This document shows positions 37,524-46,711 of a DNA stretch of 64,000 nt, piece by piece. This DNA comes from an uncultured Gemmatimonadaceae bacterium. Its GTDB lineage: Bacteria; Gemmatimonadota; Gemmatimonadetes; Gemmatimonadales; Gemmatimonadaceae. The stretch is from positions 1 through 64,000 of the forward strand of contig CAWFQK010000008.1 of assembly GCA_963817955.1 (NCBI GenBank), in the 5' to 3' direction. Position 1 is the first letter of the stretch. Each line of letters opens with the position of its first letter. Below the pieces are notes generated by a model. The model ran no database searches. It worked only from the letters and a program-made list of their open reading frames with translations, and had not been told where the DNA came from. The translations under genes were made by a program, and so were the position numbers.

Positions 37524-38557
37524 ACGCTGCCGTCGCCGACCTCCTGGCCGCCTGCGGCGTGTCCAACGCGCGTGACACGGTGCCGTGGCGCCGCGTGCTG
37601 CTCGTCAACAACGTGGGCGGCGTGCCGGGTGAGGATGCCAGAGGTGACGTGGTGGCAAGCCGCGGATTCAATCTCATCGTGCTCGACGAGGGTGGAGCGC
37701 CGACACTCTTCTGCAAGTGTCGTCCCGCGTCCGCTGGCTGGAATCGTGGCAGCGCACTCGTGGCGCAGATGAGCGGAATACCGGAGCTCGCAACCGTGGT
37801 GGCGCCCACCTGGAGCGTTCACTCCGATATGATCGATGCCGAGGTGAGCCGGTATCTGCGTGGCGAGCTGCTGGAGCGTCGCATTCGGTCCATGACTGCG
37901 GTGCAGCTCGGCGTTGCGCTCGACGGAATTCTCGCTGCCGCCGCGAGGCTGGCGACGCATGCGGCCCGCGTGGAACCACAACTGGCGGGGGGCCTCGCTG
38001 GCATATCGCTGAGCGATGAGGCGTCGTGGATCATGCCGGCCGTCGTCGACGCTGGACTTGCCTCCGCAGACGCCGGCCGCCTCGAGGCTGCGCTCGCATG
38101 CGCGGGCACGCTGCCGCGCTGCCTGCAGCATGGGGATCTCTGGCCGCGCAATGCGCTCGAGGCGGATGGGCATTGGCATCTGCTCGATTTCGAAATGTAC
38201 GGACGCGTCCAGGTGCCGCTCTATGATGCATTCCATCTCGTGCGCACGTCGTGGGATGCACGCGCCGGGCGAAATGGGGCTCACCGCGCATGGCTCGATG
38301 GAATGCGCAGCAACGGGGCGGACAACGACGTGTTTCGCGCGACGATAGGGCGCGCCGCGCGCAAGGCGGGACTGAGTGCCGCGCAGGTTGGCGGCGCGCT
38401 CGTGTACTACGTTGTCCACTTCGCGGCGAGTCTGTATCGGCGCGGGATTCTGGCGCGAGATGTCGAGCCATACATGTTCGAGGTGTCCCGTCTTGCGGAG
38501 TGGATAGCTGACGGTAGACGCCCGGATGAGCTGTTGCTGCCGACGCGGCAGCCCTGA
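37520..38557 (+). CDS. Aminoglycoside-phosphotransferase (APH)-like kinase
   Basis: QHGDLWPRN..LLDFE...PLYD motifs. Confidence 0.75.
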   Translation: MNAAVADLLAACGVSNARDTVPWRRVLLVNNVGGVPGEDARGDVVASRGFNLIVLDEGGAPTLFCKCRPASAGWNRGSALVAQMSGIPELATVVAPTWSVHSDMIDAEVSRYLRGELLERRIRSMTAVQLGVALDGILAAAARLATHAARVEPQLAGGLAGISLSDEASWIMPAVVDAGLASADAGRLEAALACAGTLPRCLQHGDLWPRNALEADGHWHLLDFEMYGRVQVPLYDAFHLVRTSWDARAGRNGAHRAWLDGMRSNGADNDVFRATIGRAARKAGLSAAQVGGALVYYVVHFAASLYRRGILARDVEPYMFEVSRLAEWIADGRRPDELLLPTRQP

Positions 38558-38654
38558 CTGTACAAGTGACCTTCAGATAGGTCAGGTGACACTGCGTCGC
38601 ACATCGCGTTCTCAGCCAACGATGGCCACGGTTCAGCTAATATGAAGTGTAGGA

Positions 38655-38688
38655 ACGCGAACGGCCGCCCGAGGGCGGCCGTTCGCGT
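38655..38688 (-). terminator. Perfect 16-bp hairpin downstream of the island gene
   Basis: ACGCGAACGGCCGCCC-GA-GGGCGGCCGTTCGCGT, 33 nt after the stop at 38722. Confidence 0.7.
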
Positions 38689-38721
38689 GTACAGCGGATT
38701 GGGACCTGCTGGTGCGCCGAA

Positions 38722-39481
38722 CTACGCGGCCGACACCTCACTGGCCGGCGGAGGAGTCACCGGTGGCGTGGTGACGGGTGATGTGGTGACCGGTTGCGTG
38801 GTGACTGGCGGCGTCGTCGCCGCAGTCGTAGACCCGATCTTGACGCCCGGTTTGCGCGGAATGCGCTTGGCGGTCTGCCAGGCGGCGAGCAAGGCCTGGT
38901 CGGCGCCGATGAGCGGCAGGAGTTCCGAATCGAGCAGCTTGATCATGTTGCGTCCGCGCTGCTCCTCGATCGACAGTCCTGCCGTGGCGCCCCGTCGACG
39001 GACGCCGAATGTCGCTCGACCATCGAGCGATTCCTTCATCGTCTCCGCCGCTGCCTCGAGACGTGCAATGAAATTGGTCGACAGCCCGCCGTCGATCAGC
39101 ACGGCCTCGTGCCGCCGCGACGCCTCGGCCATGGCCGCCGCCGCAGCGAGCAACCGCTCCGTCGAGACATTGGCCCGCGGCATCGTCAGCGAGCTCGAAG
39201 TCCGGGACTGCCTTGAGCCGGATCTTCGCGACTGCCGCGATGCCCTGCATGTGATGCTTGCGGAGCGCGACCCGGAGCGCCTGCTGGCGCGTCGTCTCGC
39301 CCCGACTCGCGCGGCTGCCATCCTCCTGCGTCGCCGCGTGGGCCGTGAGTTGCGCGATCGTGTCGCTGAGCTCTCGTAGCGTCGTCGAGCCGCTCAGTGT
39401 GGCGAACGGGCCGGGATTCGCCGCGATGAATGCGTCGCTGCGGCGGAGCGTCTCCAGGGTACTGCCTTCACTGTATTTCAT
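38722..39481 (-). pseudogene. Alpha-helical hypothetical protein (about 252 aa) split by a +1 frameshift near 39190
   Basis: GGAGG RBS and ATG 39481 (MKYSEGSTLETLRR..HHMQGIAAVAKIRLKAVPDF). Continues in the adjacent frame (LTMPRANVSTERLLAAA..WQTAKRIPRKPG plus a PVTT tail). Length 760 = 3n+1. Confidence 0.7.
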
Positions 39482-39590
39482 ATGGCCTCCAAGTGGCCAT
39501 GAGGGCGCCAAAAGAAAACTGCACGCCGGCGGGCGCCCGACGCGCCGGCGTGAAGAGAGAGCAACAGACGTGAGATGTGTCGCGATCGCC

Positions 39591-39694
39591 GTCGGAAGTG
39601 ACGGAAGCGCGGCGGGAATGACGGAATGGTCGTCGGAACCGACGGAAGCGCAGTCGGGAATGACGGAATGGTCGTCGGAAGAGCGGGAGCTGCC
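39591..39694 (+). repeat. Degenerate tandem repeat of about 21 nt x5 (GTCGGAA..GACGGAA..)
   Basis: Units at 39591, 39612, 39632, 39653 and 39674. Confidence 0.75.
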
Positions 39695-39896
39695 TTCAGA
39701 CCTGTCGGAGTCGCCGAGGGACAGCGCGACGTGCCGCGTGCATTGGTCGTGTCTACGTGCCGCGCCAGCCATCCCCCGTGCGTCCGCGCGACTGGGTCCT
39801 ACAGAACAATCGATTACCTGTCGACAGGGATCTGTTCCATGTCGGCGCGGACGAGTCCCGCGTGGATCGAGCGGGAGAGGCTTCGAGGGCCGAGGC

Positions 39897-40739
39897 TCCG
39901 ATGGTGATGAGCGAGGGTTTGCTGTTGACCGGGACTACTCCTCGCGGGATGCCCGCTACTCCATCCTGCACGGCCGTGAGTCCGCTGTCGGTCGCGAGCG
40001 GTTCATGCTTGCACGCGACCGATTCGTGCTTGCACGCGACGGGTTCGTGCTTGCACGCGACAGGTTCGTGCTTACGCCGGCGCCGTTCCGTCTCACCACA
40101 GACCAATCATACCTGGACGGGCGTGGATTCGCTCTCGACAGGAAGGAATCCGACCTGACCGGGACACCATTCCACGTCGACGTCAGATCATTCCAGCGAA
40201 CCGAGCGGAGATTGCGGGTGGACGCGCGCGAGATGTGTGTGTACGCGCATCAGAGGCGCCTTGGCAAGCAGAGGTTCCATGGAGCGCGAGGGGCATTGTC
40301 ACTGGCGCGGGCGGCATTATCGGTCGACACCGGTGTGTTCGATCGGAACCGGAATGCCTCCGCCCTGATCCGTCGCTGGTGCGAGCTGGATGCGCCGGAG
40401 TCACTCCTCGATCGGCGCTCGTTCGATCGTGACGGGCGGGAGTTCCACCTGCGCAGGCGTGAGTTGGAGTGAGACAGCGAGGGATTCCCTATGAGCAGGC
40501 ATGCATTCCAGGTAAAGTCGCGGGAATTCGGTCTCGACCGCGATCAATTCCCTCGGGGCAGGATTGCATTCGATCTCAACACCGATCGATCCCACCTGGA
40601 CACGCGTCCATTCGGTCTGAACGATGATCGATTCCAGCTACACACGCGTGCATTCGAGCTAGACAACGATCGATCCCATCTCGACAGGCTCGCATTCGAT
40701 CTCGACACGATCGACTCCATCAGGGCGCCTGAGCGTTCT
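39897..40739. repeat. Strictly 21-nt-periodic degenerate array, about 41 units
   Basis: (A/G)TTC/TCC recurs at 39897+21n without indels, e.g. TTC at 40002, 40023, 40044, 40065, 40086, 40128, 40170, 40191, 40485-40569, 40611-40653 and 40695. Confidence 0.85.
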
Positions 40740-40882
40740 GTGATGAACATGCCTCTATATATTAGTTCCGAAAATTGGGGGTCGGCGCAAGGGCCAATAT
40801 GACCGATTGACCAAAACCGACATGTTTTGCTGATTTCGGCGTTAGTACAAGTAGAGAGATACGTCAGTCGTGAGGCCGCGGA

Positions 40883-40906
40883 CCCGTGTCCCGTGTCCCG
40901 TGTCCC
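40883..40906. repeat. Heptamer repeat CCCGTGT x3
   Basis: Directly after the flippase stop codon. Confidence 0.8.
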
Positions 40907-40908
40907 AC

Positions 40909-42447
40909 TCACCCGGCCGCGACGACGCGCGTCCGCCGTGGCGCCAACCGCGCGGCGATGGTGCGTCGCACCGTTGACCGCTCGGCTTCCGTCAGAATGC
41001 CGAGGTGCCAGATGGCCGTGAGGTAGGCGGCAAACAGCAGCGCGCGGATTGGCACCACGACGCTGAGACTTCTGTGTGGTCCGGCGAGTCCGAGCAGTGC
41101 CACGCCCACAGCCAACGTGACGAGCCGGCGGATCGGTTTCCAGTCGTATTGCACGGGTAGCAGACGGAGCGACAGCCGCAGAATGATCGCGTACCGAACC
41201 CCGAATGCGAGCACCGTGGCGATGGCCGCGCCCAGTCCAAGCCACCGTGGGATCAACACGATGTACCCGATGCACGCCACCGCCGCCGCCACCCAGTTCG
41301 CCATCGTGATGTACTCCGTGCGTTCGCGGAGGTGAATGCCAATGTCCTGCATGACCGTCCAACTCTGGAGGATGTAGGCGATCAGGATGACGGGCACGAT
41401 ATCCGCCGCGGGGTAGAACGCCGGCTGCGTCATGATCCGGAGGACACTGTCGACGAATAGCGTGATGCCAAGTGCCGCGCTGATCAACAGCAGGTTGAGG
41501 TACACAAAGGCCCGCGACAGTACGAAATCCCGATCTGGCCGTTCGGCAAGTGAGAAGCGAATCGGTTCCCAGACGAGGTCCACGGGCATGGCGCCCACCA
41601 TGGCGAGCAAGAAGCCGAACTGGTAGGCGAGCGCATAGAGACCGACCGTCGTCATGTCTGCCGCTCGCTGTAGGAAGAACCGGTCGCCGAACGTAGCGAT
41701 GAAGGTGGCGACCTGCGTGGCAACGAGCGGCAGTCCGTAGCGTACGAGCCGCTTCGCGGCGCCACCGGAAAAATGCAATCCAACCTCACCGACCAACCGA
41801 ATCGCCAACACGATCCCGACAACGCTGGCGGCGACGGCACTACTGATGAACACCGCCAGCGCCCCGAGATGCAGATGGACGAGCAGGACCAGATTCAGTG
41901 AAATCTGCAGCGCAAGCAGCACGGTATTCGCGGCGACGAACACGGACGATCGGCCGCGTGCCCGCGCGTAAGCGAGCGGCACGATGAACAGCGATTGTCC
42001 CGCCAACCCAACGGCTGCGACGCGCAGCAGCACGGCACGCGAGGGATCATGAAACACGAGTTGTGCCAGCGGCCCCGCGAAGAGGCACACGCCGCCGGAG
42101 ACGACGGCAAAGGCGCCGCAGATCAATACCATCGACGTCGACGTCACCGCTTGGCGTTCCTGCTCGTTCTTCGCGGCGTGATAGTAGCGAAAGACACCGA
42201 TGGCCAGCTTGGCGCCGGCAAGGATGGCGATGAAGTCGAGCGTCATCTCAACGAGCTGGATGACGCCATAGTCCGCCGGTGCGAGATGACGGCTGTAGAT
42301 GGGCAGCATGATGAACGCTGCTGCCCGATTGATCAGAATGCCCGCGGCATAGATTGCCGTGTCCCGTCCGATGCGCCGCATGGCGATCGGCGGCGGCGCT
42401 GCGGTTTCTGCGGTTTCAGTCGCGAGACGCTCAACAGCTGCCGACAT
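40909..42447 (-). CDS. wzx: Oligosaccharide flippase (Wzx)
   Basis: FIMLPIYSRHL.PADYG, YGLPL and DRFFL..VGLYALAY motifs; many TM segments. Confidence 0.85.
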   Translation of the reverse strand: MSAAVERLATETAETAAPPPIAMRRIGRDTAIYAAGILINRAAAFIMLPIYSRHLAPADYGVIQLVEMTLDFIAILAGAKLAIGVFRYYHAAKNEQERQAVTSTSMVLICGAFAVVSGGVCLFAGPLAQLVFHDPSRAVLLRVAAVGLAGQSLFIVPLAYARARGRSSVFVAANTVLLALQISLNLVLLVHLHLGALAVFISSAVAASVVGIVLAIRLVGEVGLHFSGGAAKRLVRYGLPLVATQVATFIATFGDRFFLQRAADMTTVGLYALAYQFGFLLAMVGAMPVDLVWEPIRFSLAERPDRDFVLSRAFVYLNLLLISAALGITLFVDSVLRIMTQPAFYPAADIVPVILIAYILQSWTVMQDIGIHLRERTEYITMANWVAAAVACIGYIVLIPRWLGLGAAIATVLAFGVRYAIILRLSLRLLPVQYDWKPIRRLVTLAVGVALLGLAGPHRSLSVVVPIRALLFAAYLTAIWHLGILTEAERSTVRRTIAARLAPRRTRVVAAG

Positions 42448-43465
42448 ACGCCGTCTCCGGTGTCGCGCGCGGGATGAGCCGCTCGGCCGCTTCGGACACC
42501 GTGGCGAATGAGAACGATTGTATCCCAGCCAGGCGGTCGAAGTATTGTTCCATGTTGGCGCGGAACCGGTCGCGCTCGGCCGAGCCGCTCACGAACGGAC
42601 TCAACCCCGATACCAGGCTCGGGCTGTGCCACGTGATGTGGATGAAACGCGCGCCATCGAGCAGGAGCAAGCGCGTCAGCATGAGCATGTCGTTCACGGT
42701 ATCGGTTTCGAAGCTGAGCTGCACTTTGCGTAGCAGGTGCGTGCGATAGGCCAGCGATGCGAGCGACAGCGGGCCGGCGCGCGATCGGAGGAGTTGCTCG
42801 TGCCGGTGATGCCAGCTCGCGAACGGACGTCGTGTGTACCCCACCGAGAGTGGTAGCTCGACGATCGGGCCATCGGATGTCGGAATTGTGATGTCGTCGA
42901 ACGACGGGTGATATGCTTCCAGCGGAGCGTCGCGGAAATCCGGGCCATCGTTGAATCGGCGCCAGTCGAGAAACGGCGTGACGCTGCTGTCCACGGTATA
43001 CCCTTGTTCGGAGATGGCCCTCATGCCGAGCGCGCCCATGCCGTATCGGCCGGCGCGAAAGGATGTAGGCCGGGATCCGAACACCGTCGCCAGCAGAGCG
43101 GTCAATTCGCGCAGCTTTGCCGCCTGCAATTCGCCGGATAGGTTCTTCATCACCGTGTTGCGCGGCACGAACAGCTCGCGTGCCGGGGGTGTGTTCCACG
43201 GATGCAGATGTGCGCCGATTTCCGCTCTGCCGTCGGAACTGAGATCGCTGAGGATACCGGCGGCCCATTCGACGGACGCGACCTGGTAGGATGTGAAGTA
43301 GGTCGGACGCACGCCGAAGCGCTCGAGCAACCGATGCACCGTTGGCAGCTCAGCGATGTTCGTCACCCGGATGTCGTTGCGCGACGGCTCCCAGTTGTCC
43401 TCCTCGGTGTCAATGGAGACGACGACGAGCAGCGGCGGCGCGGCGGGGTGGACGGCAGCAGTCAT
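42431..43465 (-). CDS. Polysaccharide deacetylase-like protein (WalW-like)
   Basis: VSIDTEED, RPTYF, EIGAHLHPWNTPP, SFRAGRYG and DSSVTP motifs. Confidence 0.8.
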   Translation of the reverse strand: MTAAVHPAAPPLLVVVSIDTEEDNWEPSRNDIRVTNIAELPTVHRLLERFGVRPTYFTSYQVASVEWAAGILSDLSSDGRAEIGAHLHPWNTPPARELFVPRNTVMKNLSGELQAAKLRELTALLATVFGSRPTSFRAGRYGMGALGMRAISEQGYTVDSSVTPFLDWRRFNDGPDFRDAPLEAYHPSFDDITIPTSDGPIVELPLSVGYTRRPFASWHHRHEQLLRSRAGPLSLASLAYRTHLLRKVQLSFETDTVNDMLMLTRLLLLDGARFIHITWHSPSLVSGLSPFVSGSAERDRFRANMEQYFDRLAGIQSFSFATVSEAAERLIPRATPETAYVGSC

Positions 43466-44619
43466 GCGGAAGTTCCCGGATCGTCGGGGGGCTGATCGCG
43501 CCGCGACATGTGATCGAACAGCACTCCTGCCTGTTCGGCCAGTCGCAGCATTCGTCCCTTTGCCGAGCGGCGGAATGCGATCAGCTGGTGAGTCCAGCGT
43601 GTGGTGCTCGTCCACTCGGCTTTGTAGGGCTCTGCGCCGCGCAAGAAGTCGAAGCGACGCACGCCGCGAGCGATCGCGCGTTGAATCATGATGCCAACGT
43701 GCACGCCTCCGACGCTGAACTTATTCCACGCCGGGGAGCGGCCGGCCTGATAGAAGTGCAGTGTCTTGGCGTCGGTGAATCCGTACCAGGCGGATATCGG
43801 TTCTCCGTCGACATCGATGGTGCTCAGCCACGTGTCATGGGAGCGTGCGAGCGATGTCGCGAAGCGCCGGTGGAGTGCGTCGAGGCGAGCGTCGAACGTC
43901 CCTTCGCCGCCCCAGCGGGCATCGTGTAGTCGTCTCAGATGCGCCCAGCCGCGATCGAGCGTGTCGTGCTCGTAGAACGTCACGGCGAGGTGTCCTCGCT
44001 TGGCGAGCGCCTGTTCGCGCCGCGCGATCACGTCTCGGCGTGAAGCGCTTCGAGTCTGGAGGTAGTCTTTCCAGGAGCGGGGCAGGTCGATGTACGGACA
44101 CGGCCACTGGGGTCGCATCATGGTGGCGAAGCCGCGCGCCTCGAGCGCCGCCTGGAGCCGCGGCGCGCCCACGGCGTCGCACGAGATCCCATCGAGCTGG
44201 AGCATGTCCCACTCCAGGTTATCGAGTGCAGCGGCGATGGCATTGAACGGAGTCGATGTGCTTGCGAGAACGTCGAGGTGGTCGGGACATCCGAGGTCCC
44301 CCACAGCCCACGTCAACGCTGTCGCCTGAAGCCGCCGGTGTGTCACGCGCCGCGGCGCGAGTGGAAGCGCCGTCTGAAGTCGGTGATCACCGTCGACGAT
44401 CGCCAGCACCACGGCGGCATTGCGCTCGTGTGCCGGGGCACTGGCGTGCCACGCATCGTGCCAGGCCCAGGTGGAGAACGGCGACGCCAACCCCGCTCGG
44501 GCACGCAATGATTCCCACCGCGATTCGCCGAGCGCGAGCGTGTCGGCGAGGGACATCACCGACACGCGCGCGGCCCGTGTGGATCCGACGCGTGCGTGAA
44601 CCTCGCCGATCGCTGTCAC
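43462..44619 (-). CDS. GNAT-family acetyltransferase (CelD/BcsL-like)
   Basis: PFSTWAW, CPYIDLP, LHDARW and FDFLRGAEPYK.EW motifs. Confidence 0.85.
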   Translation of the reverse strand: MTAIGEVHARVGSTRAARVSVMSLADTLALGESRWESLRARAGLASPFSTWAWHDAWHASAPAHERNAAVVLAIVDGDHRLQTALPLAPRRVTHRRLQATALTWAVGDLGCPDHLDVLASTSTPFNAIAAALDNLEWDMLQLDGISCDAVGAPRLQAALEARGFATMMRPQWPCPYIDLPRSWKDYLQTRSASRRDVIARREQALAKRGHLAVTFYEHDTLDRGWAHLRRLHDARWGGEGTFDARLDALHRRFATSLARSHDTWLSTIDVDGEPISAWYGFTDAKTLHFYQAGRSPAWNKFSVGGVHVGIMIQRAIARGVRRFDFLRGAEPYKAEWTSTTRWTHQLIAFRRSAKGRMLRLAEQAGVLFDHMSRRDQPPDDPGTSA

Positions 44620-44810
44620 GGGTGTCTACGGTCGAGCGCCGTGGTTCGCGACGCAGCGTGGTTGCGCGCGAGTCCCGGTCTTGGCGCATGGGCTATTCGT
44701 GCAACCTTCTCCGCGACATCGAGCCGAAAAAAGGGGGCAGTCGCGCGCGCCGCGTGCATGTGTGTCAGCCTGGTGAATGAGCGTTGAGGACTCCTCGCGG
44801 CTGAGGCAAA

Positions 44811-44826
44811 TGCAAACGAGACACCG
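44811..44826 (-). promoter_or_regulatory. Candidate sigma-54 promoter for the GNAT/deacetylase/wzx operon
   Basis: Minus strand CGGTGTCTCGTTTGCA (GG-N10-GC, TTGCA). Confidence 0.35.
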
Positions 44827-45081
44827 CGCGAGCAGTGGGGTGACGTAAGGGACTCAAACGTGGGAGCGACATGCACTTCCTTGATGTATGCATGGATGGA
44901 CGACGCACCGTCGCGATGTGACCCCGTTGCCGCGGCGCCACGGTTCCTTGCCGAGTGTGGCGACACGACGACAGTCGTACGCTCACGCGTGACGTGGCGC
45001 GCGGCGGCACAGGCGGGCTGAGTGCAAGCCGTGACGCCACTTACGACTCATTGTCGCGCCGCAGCGACGCGGAGCAACGCG

Positions 45082-45097
45082 TGGCACCTCGCGTGCG
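45082..45097 (+). promoter_or_regulatory. Candidate sigma-54 promoter for the AMP-ligase/GT operon
   Basis: TGGCACCTCGCGTGCG (TGGCAC-N5-GTGC), about 67 nt upstream of ATG 45164. Confidence 0.35.
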
Positions 45098-45163
45098 AAA
45101 CTCAACGGCAGACGCTTGGTGCGTCTGCTCGCTGACGCGCGATCCTTATCAGGAACTCGATTC

Positions 45164-46711
45164 ATGTTTGCCGGAACTGCCGCCCCGATTGCCTTGGCAC
45201 CGAGCATTGCCCATCTCCTGTGGGCGGCGGCGGCCGCGGACGGCGACCGTACGGCGATCGCGACGTGCGGCGGCGACATCAGCTATGCCGCTCTGACGGC
45301 GCGAGCCGCCGCATTCGCTACTGCGCTGCACGCGCGCGGGATCGTACCGGGAGATCGAGTCGGGATATTTCTCGAACGCAGCGTGGACGCGGCAGCCGCG
45401 TTCTTCGGAACGACGGCCGTGGGTGGAATTGCCGTCCTGATGGACGAAACACTCCGGCCGCGCCAGATCGAGCAGATTTGCCAGCACGCCAGTGCGAAGC
45501 TCCTCGTGTCGTCGGCGGACCTCCTCGCGCGCCAATCGCGCGAAGTGGCTCGCGGCCTTCCGCAGCTCGATTGCCTCGATGTGGCAATCGCTGACACATG
45601 GACGCCTTGTTCGCGAATTGGCAATGATGTCGCGCAACTCATCTACACCACGGGCCCGACCGGACTTGGCAAGGGCGTGACGATCAGTCACGCAAACCTG
45701 TGGGCCGGCGTGGCGTCCGTCGCCAGCTACCTGGAGCTTCGCCAAACGGATCGTTTGGCGAGCGTGCTGCCGTTCAGCTTCGATTACGGATTCAATCAGC
45801 TTCTCTGCGCGCTCTGGTGTGGAGGGACCCTCGTCATCGACCGCTCGCGCACACCGGAGGACATCGTCGCCACCGTGGTCGGAAGTCGCGTCTCGATTCT
45901 TCCCGCGGTTCCACCGCTGTGGATGCAACTGCTCGCCGTGCCAGCGTTCGCCGAGGTGATTCCATCGCTGCGGATCATGACGAACACCGGCGGCCGCCTC
46001 CCGACCGACGCGGTGCGTCGGATCCGCGCGTGTCAGCCGCAGGCACGGCTGTTCCTGATGTATGGCCAGACAGAGGCGTTTCGCGCCACCTATCTGCCGC
46101 CAGAGGAAGTGGACCTGCATCCAAGCTCGATAGGACGGGCCATTCCCGGCGCCGAGATCATGGTGTTACGCGACGATGGGGCGCGGTGCGACGTCGAGGA
46201 AGTTGGTGAACTCGTGCAGCGCGGTCCCACGGTGGCATTAGGATACTGGAACGATCCCACGAGCACCGCGGCAACCTACCGCCAGAATCCCTATCGCGTT
46301 GACGGCGCTCCGGACGCCGAGCGAGTCGTGTACTCGGGGGACCTGGTCCGACACGACGATTCGGGGCGACTCTATCTTGTCGGCTGCCGGAACGAGTTGA
46401 TCCAATCACTCGGGCACCAAGTGAGCCCGGATGAAGTCGCAGACGTCCTCTATGCGTCGGGAGAGGTTACCGAATGCGTCGTCACCGCTGAGCCGGACGG
46501 CATGCACGGCGAGCAGATTGTGGCCGTCGTCACGCTTGTCGCCGATGGATCGGTTGCCCGCCTGCGCGCCTTCTGCAAGACTCAACTGCCACACTATATG
46601 CAGCCGGCCCGATATCAGGTGGAGGATGACTTGCCGCGCGCAGCAAGCGGAACGTACGACGTCACGGCGATTCGCGCGCAGGTCGCCGCCTCGAGCCGCC
46701 TGTCCCCATGA
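45164..46711 (+). CDS. AMP-binding acyl-adenylate ligase (EPS-associated type) with degenerate catalytic motifs
   Basis: LPFSFDYGFNQL, MYGQTEAFR, SIGRAIP and SGDLV motifs. P-loop reads YTTGPTGLGKG and A10 reads LPRAASGTYD. Confidence 0.8.
   Translation: MFAGTAAPIALAPSIAHLLWAAAAADGDRTAIATCGGDISYAALTARAAAFATALHARGIVPGDRVGIFLERSVDAAAAFFGTTAVGGIAVLMDETLRPRQIEQICQHASAKLLVSSADLLARQSREVARGLPQLDCLDVAIADTWTPCSRIGNDVAQLIYTTGPTGLGKGVTISHANLWAGVASVASYLELRQTDRLASVLPFSFDYGFNQLLCALWCGGTLVIDRSRTPEDIVATVVGSRVSILPAVPPLWMQLLAVPAFAEVIPSLRIMTNTGGRLPTDAVRRIRACQPQARLFLMYGQTEAFRATYLPPEEVDLHPSSIGRAIPGAEIMVLRDDGARCDVEEVGELVQRGPTVALGYWNDPTSTAATYRQNPYRVDGAPDAERVVYSGDLVRHDDSGRLYLVGCRNELIQSLGHQVSPDEVADVLYASGEVTECVVTAEPDGMHGEQIVAVVTLVADGSVARLRAFCKTQLPHYMQPARYQVEDDLPRAASGTYDVTAIRAQVAASSRLSP

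Noticed and set aside
39258..40472. 404-aa plus-strand ORF with FxLD heptads
   Set aside because: It begins antisense to a better-supported gene and has no clear RBS. The periodicity continues past its stop, and many third positions are A, unlike host genes. It is kept only as an alternative explanation of the array.
39897..40739. 21-nt array as a CRISPR, TIGR or DGR/retron component
   Set aside because: There is no fixed repeat with distinct spacers, the period is too short, and no Cas, Nop-domain or reverse transcriptase gene is recognisable in the window.
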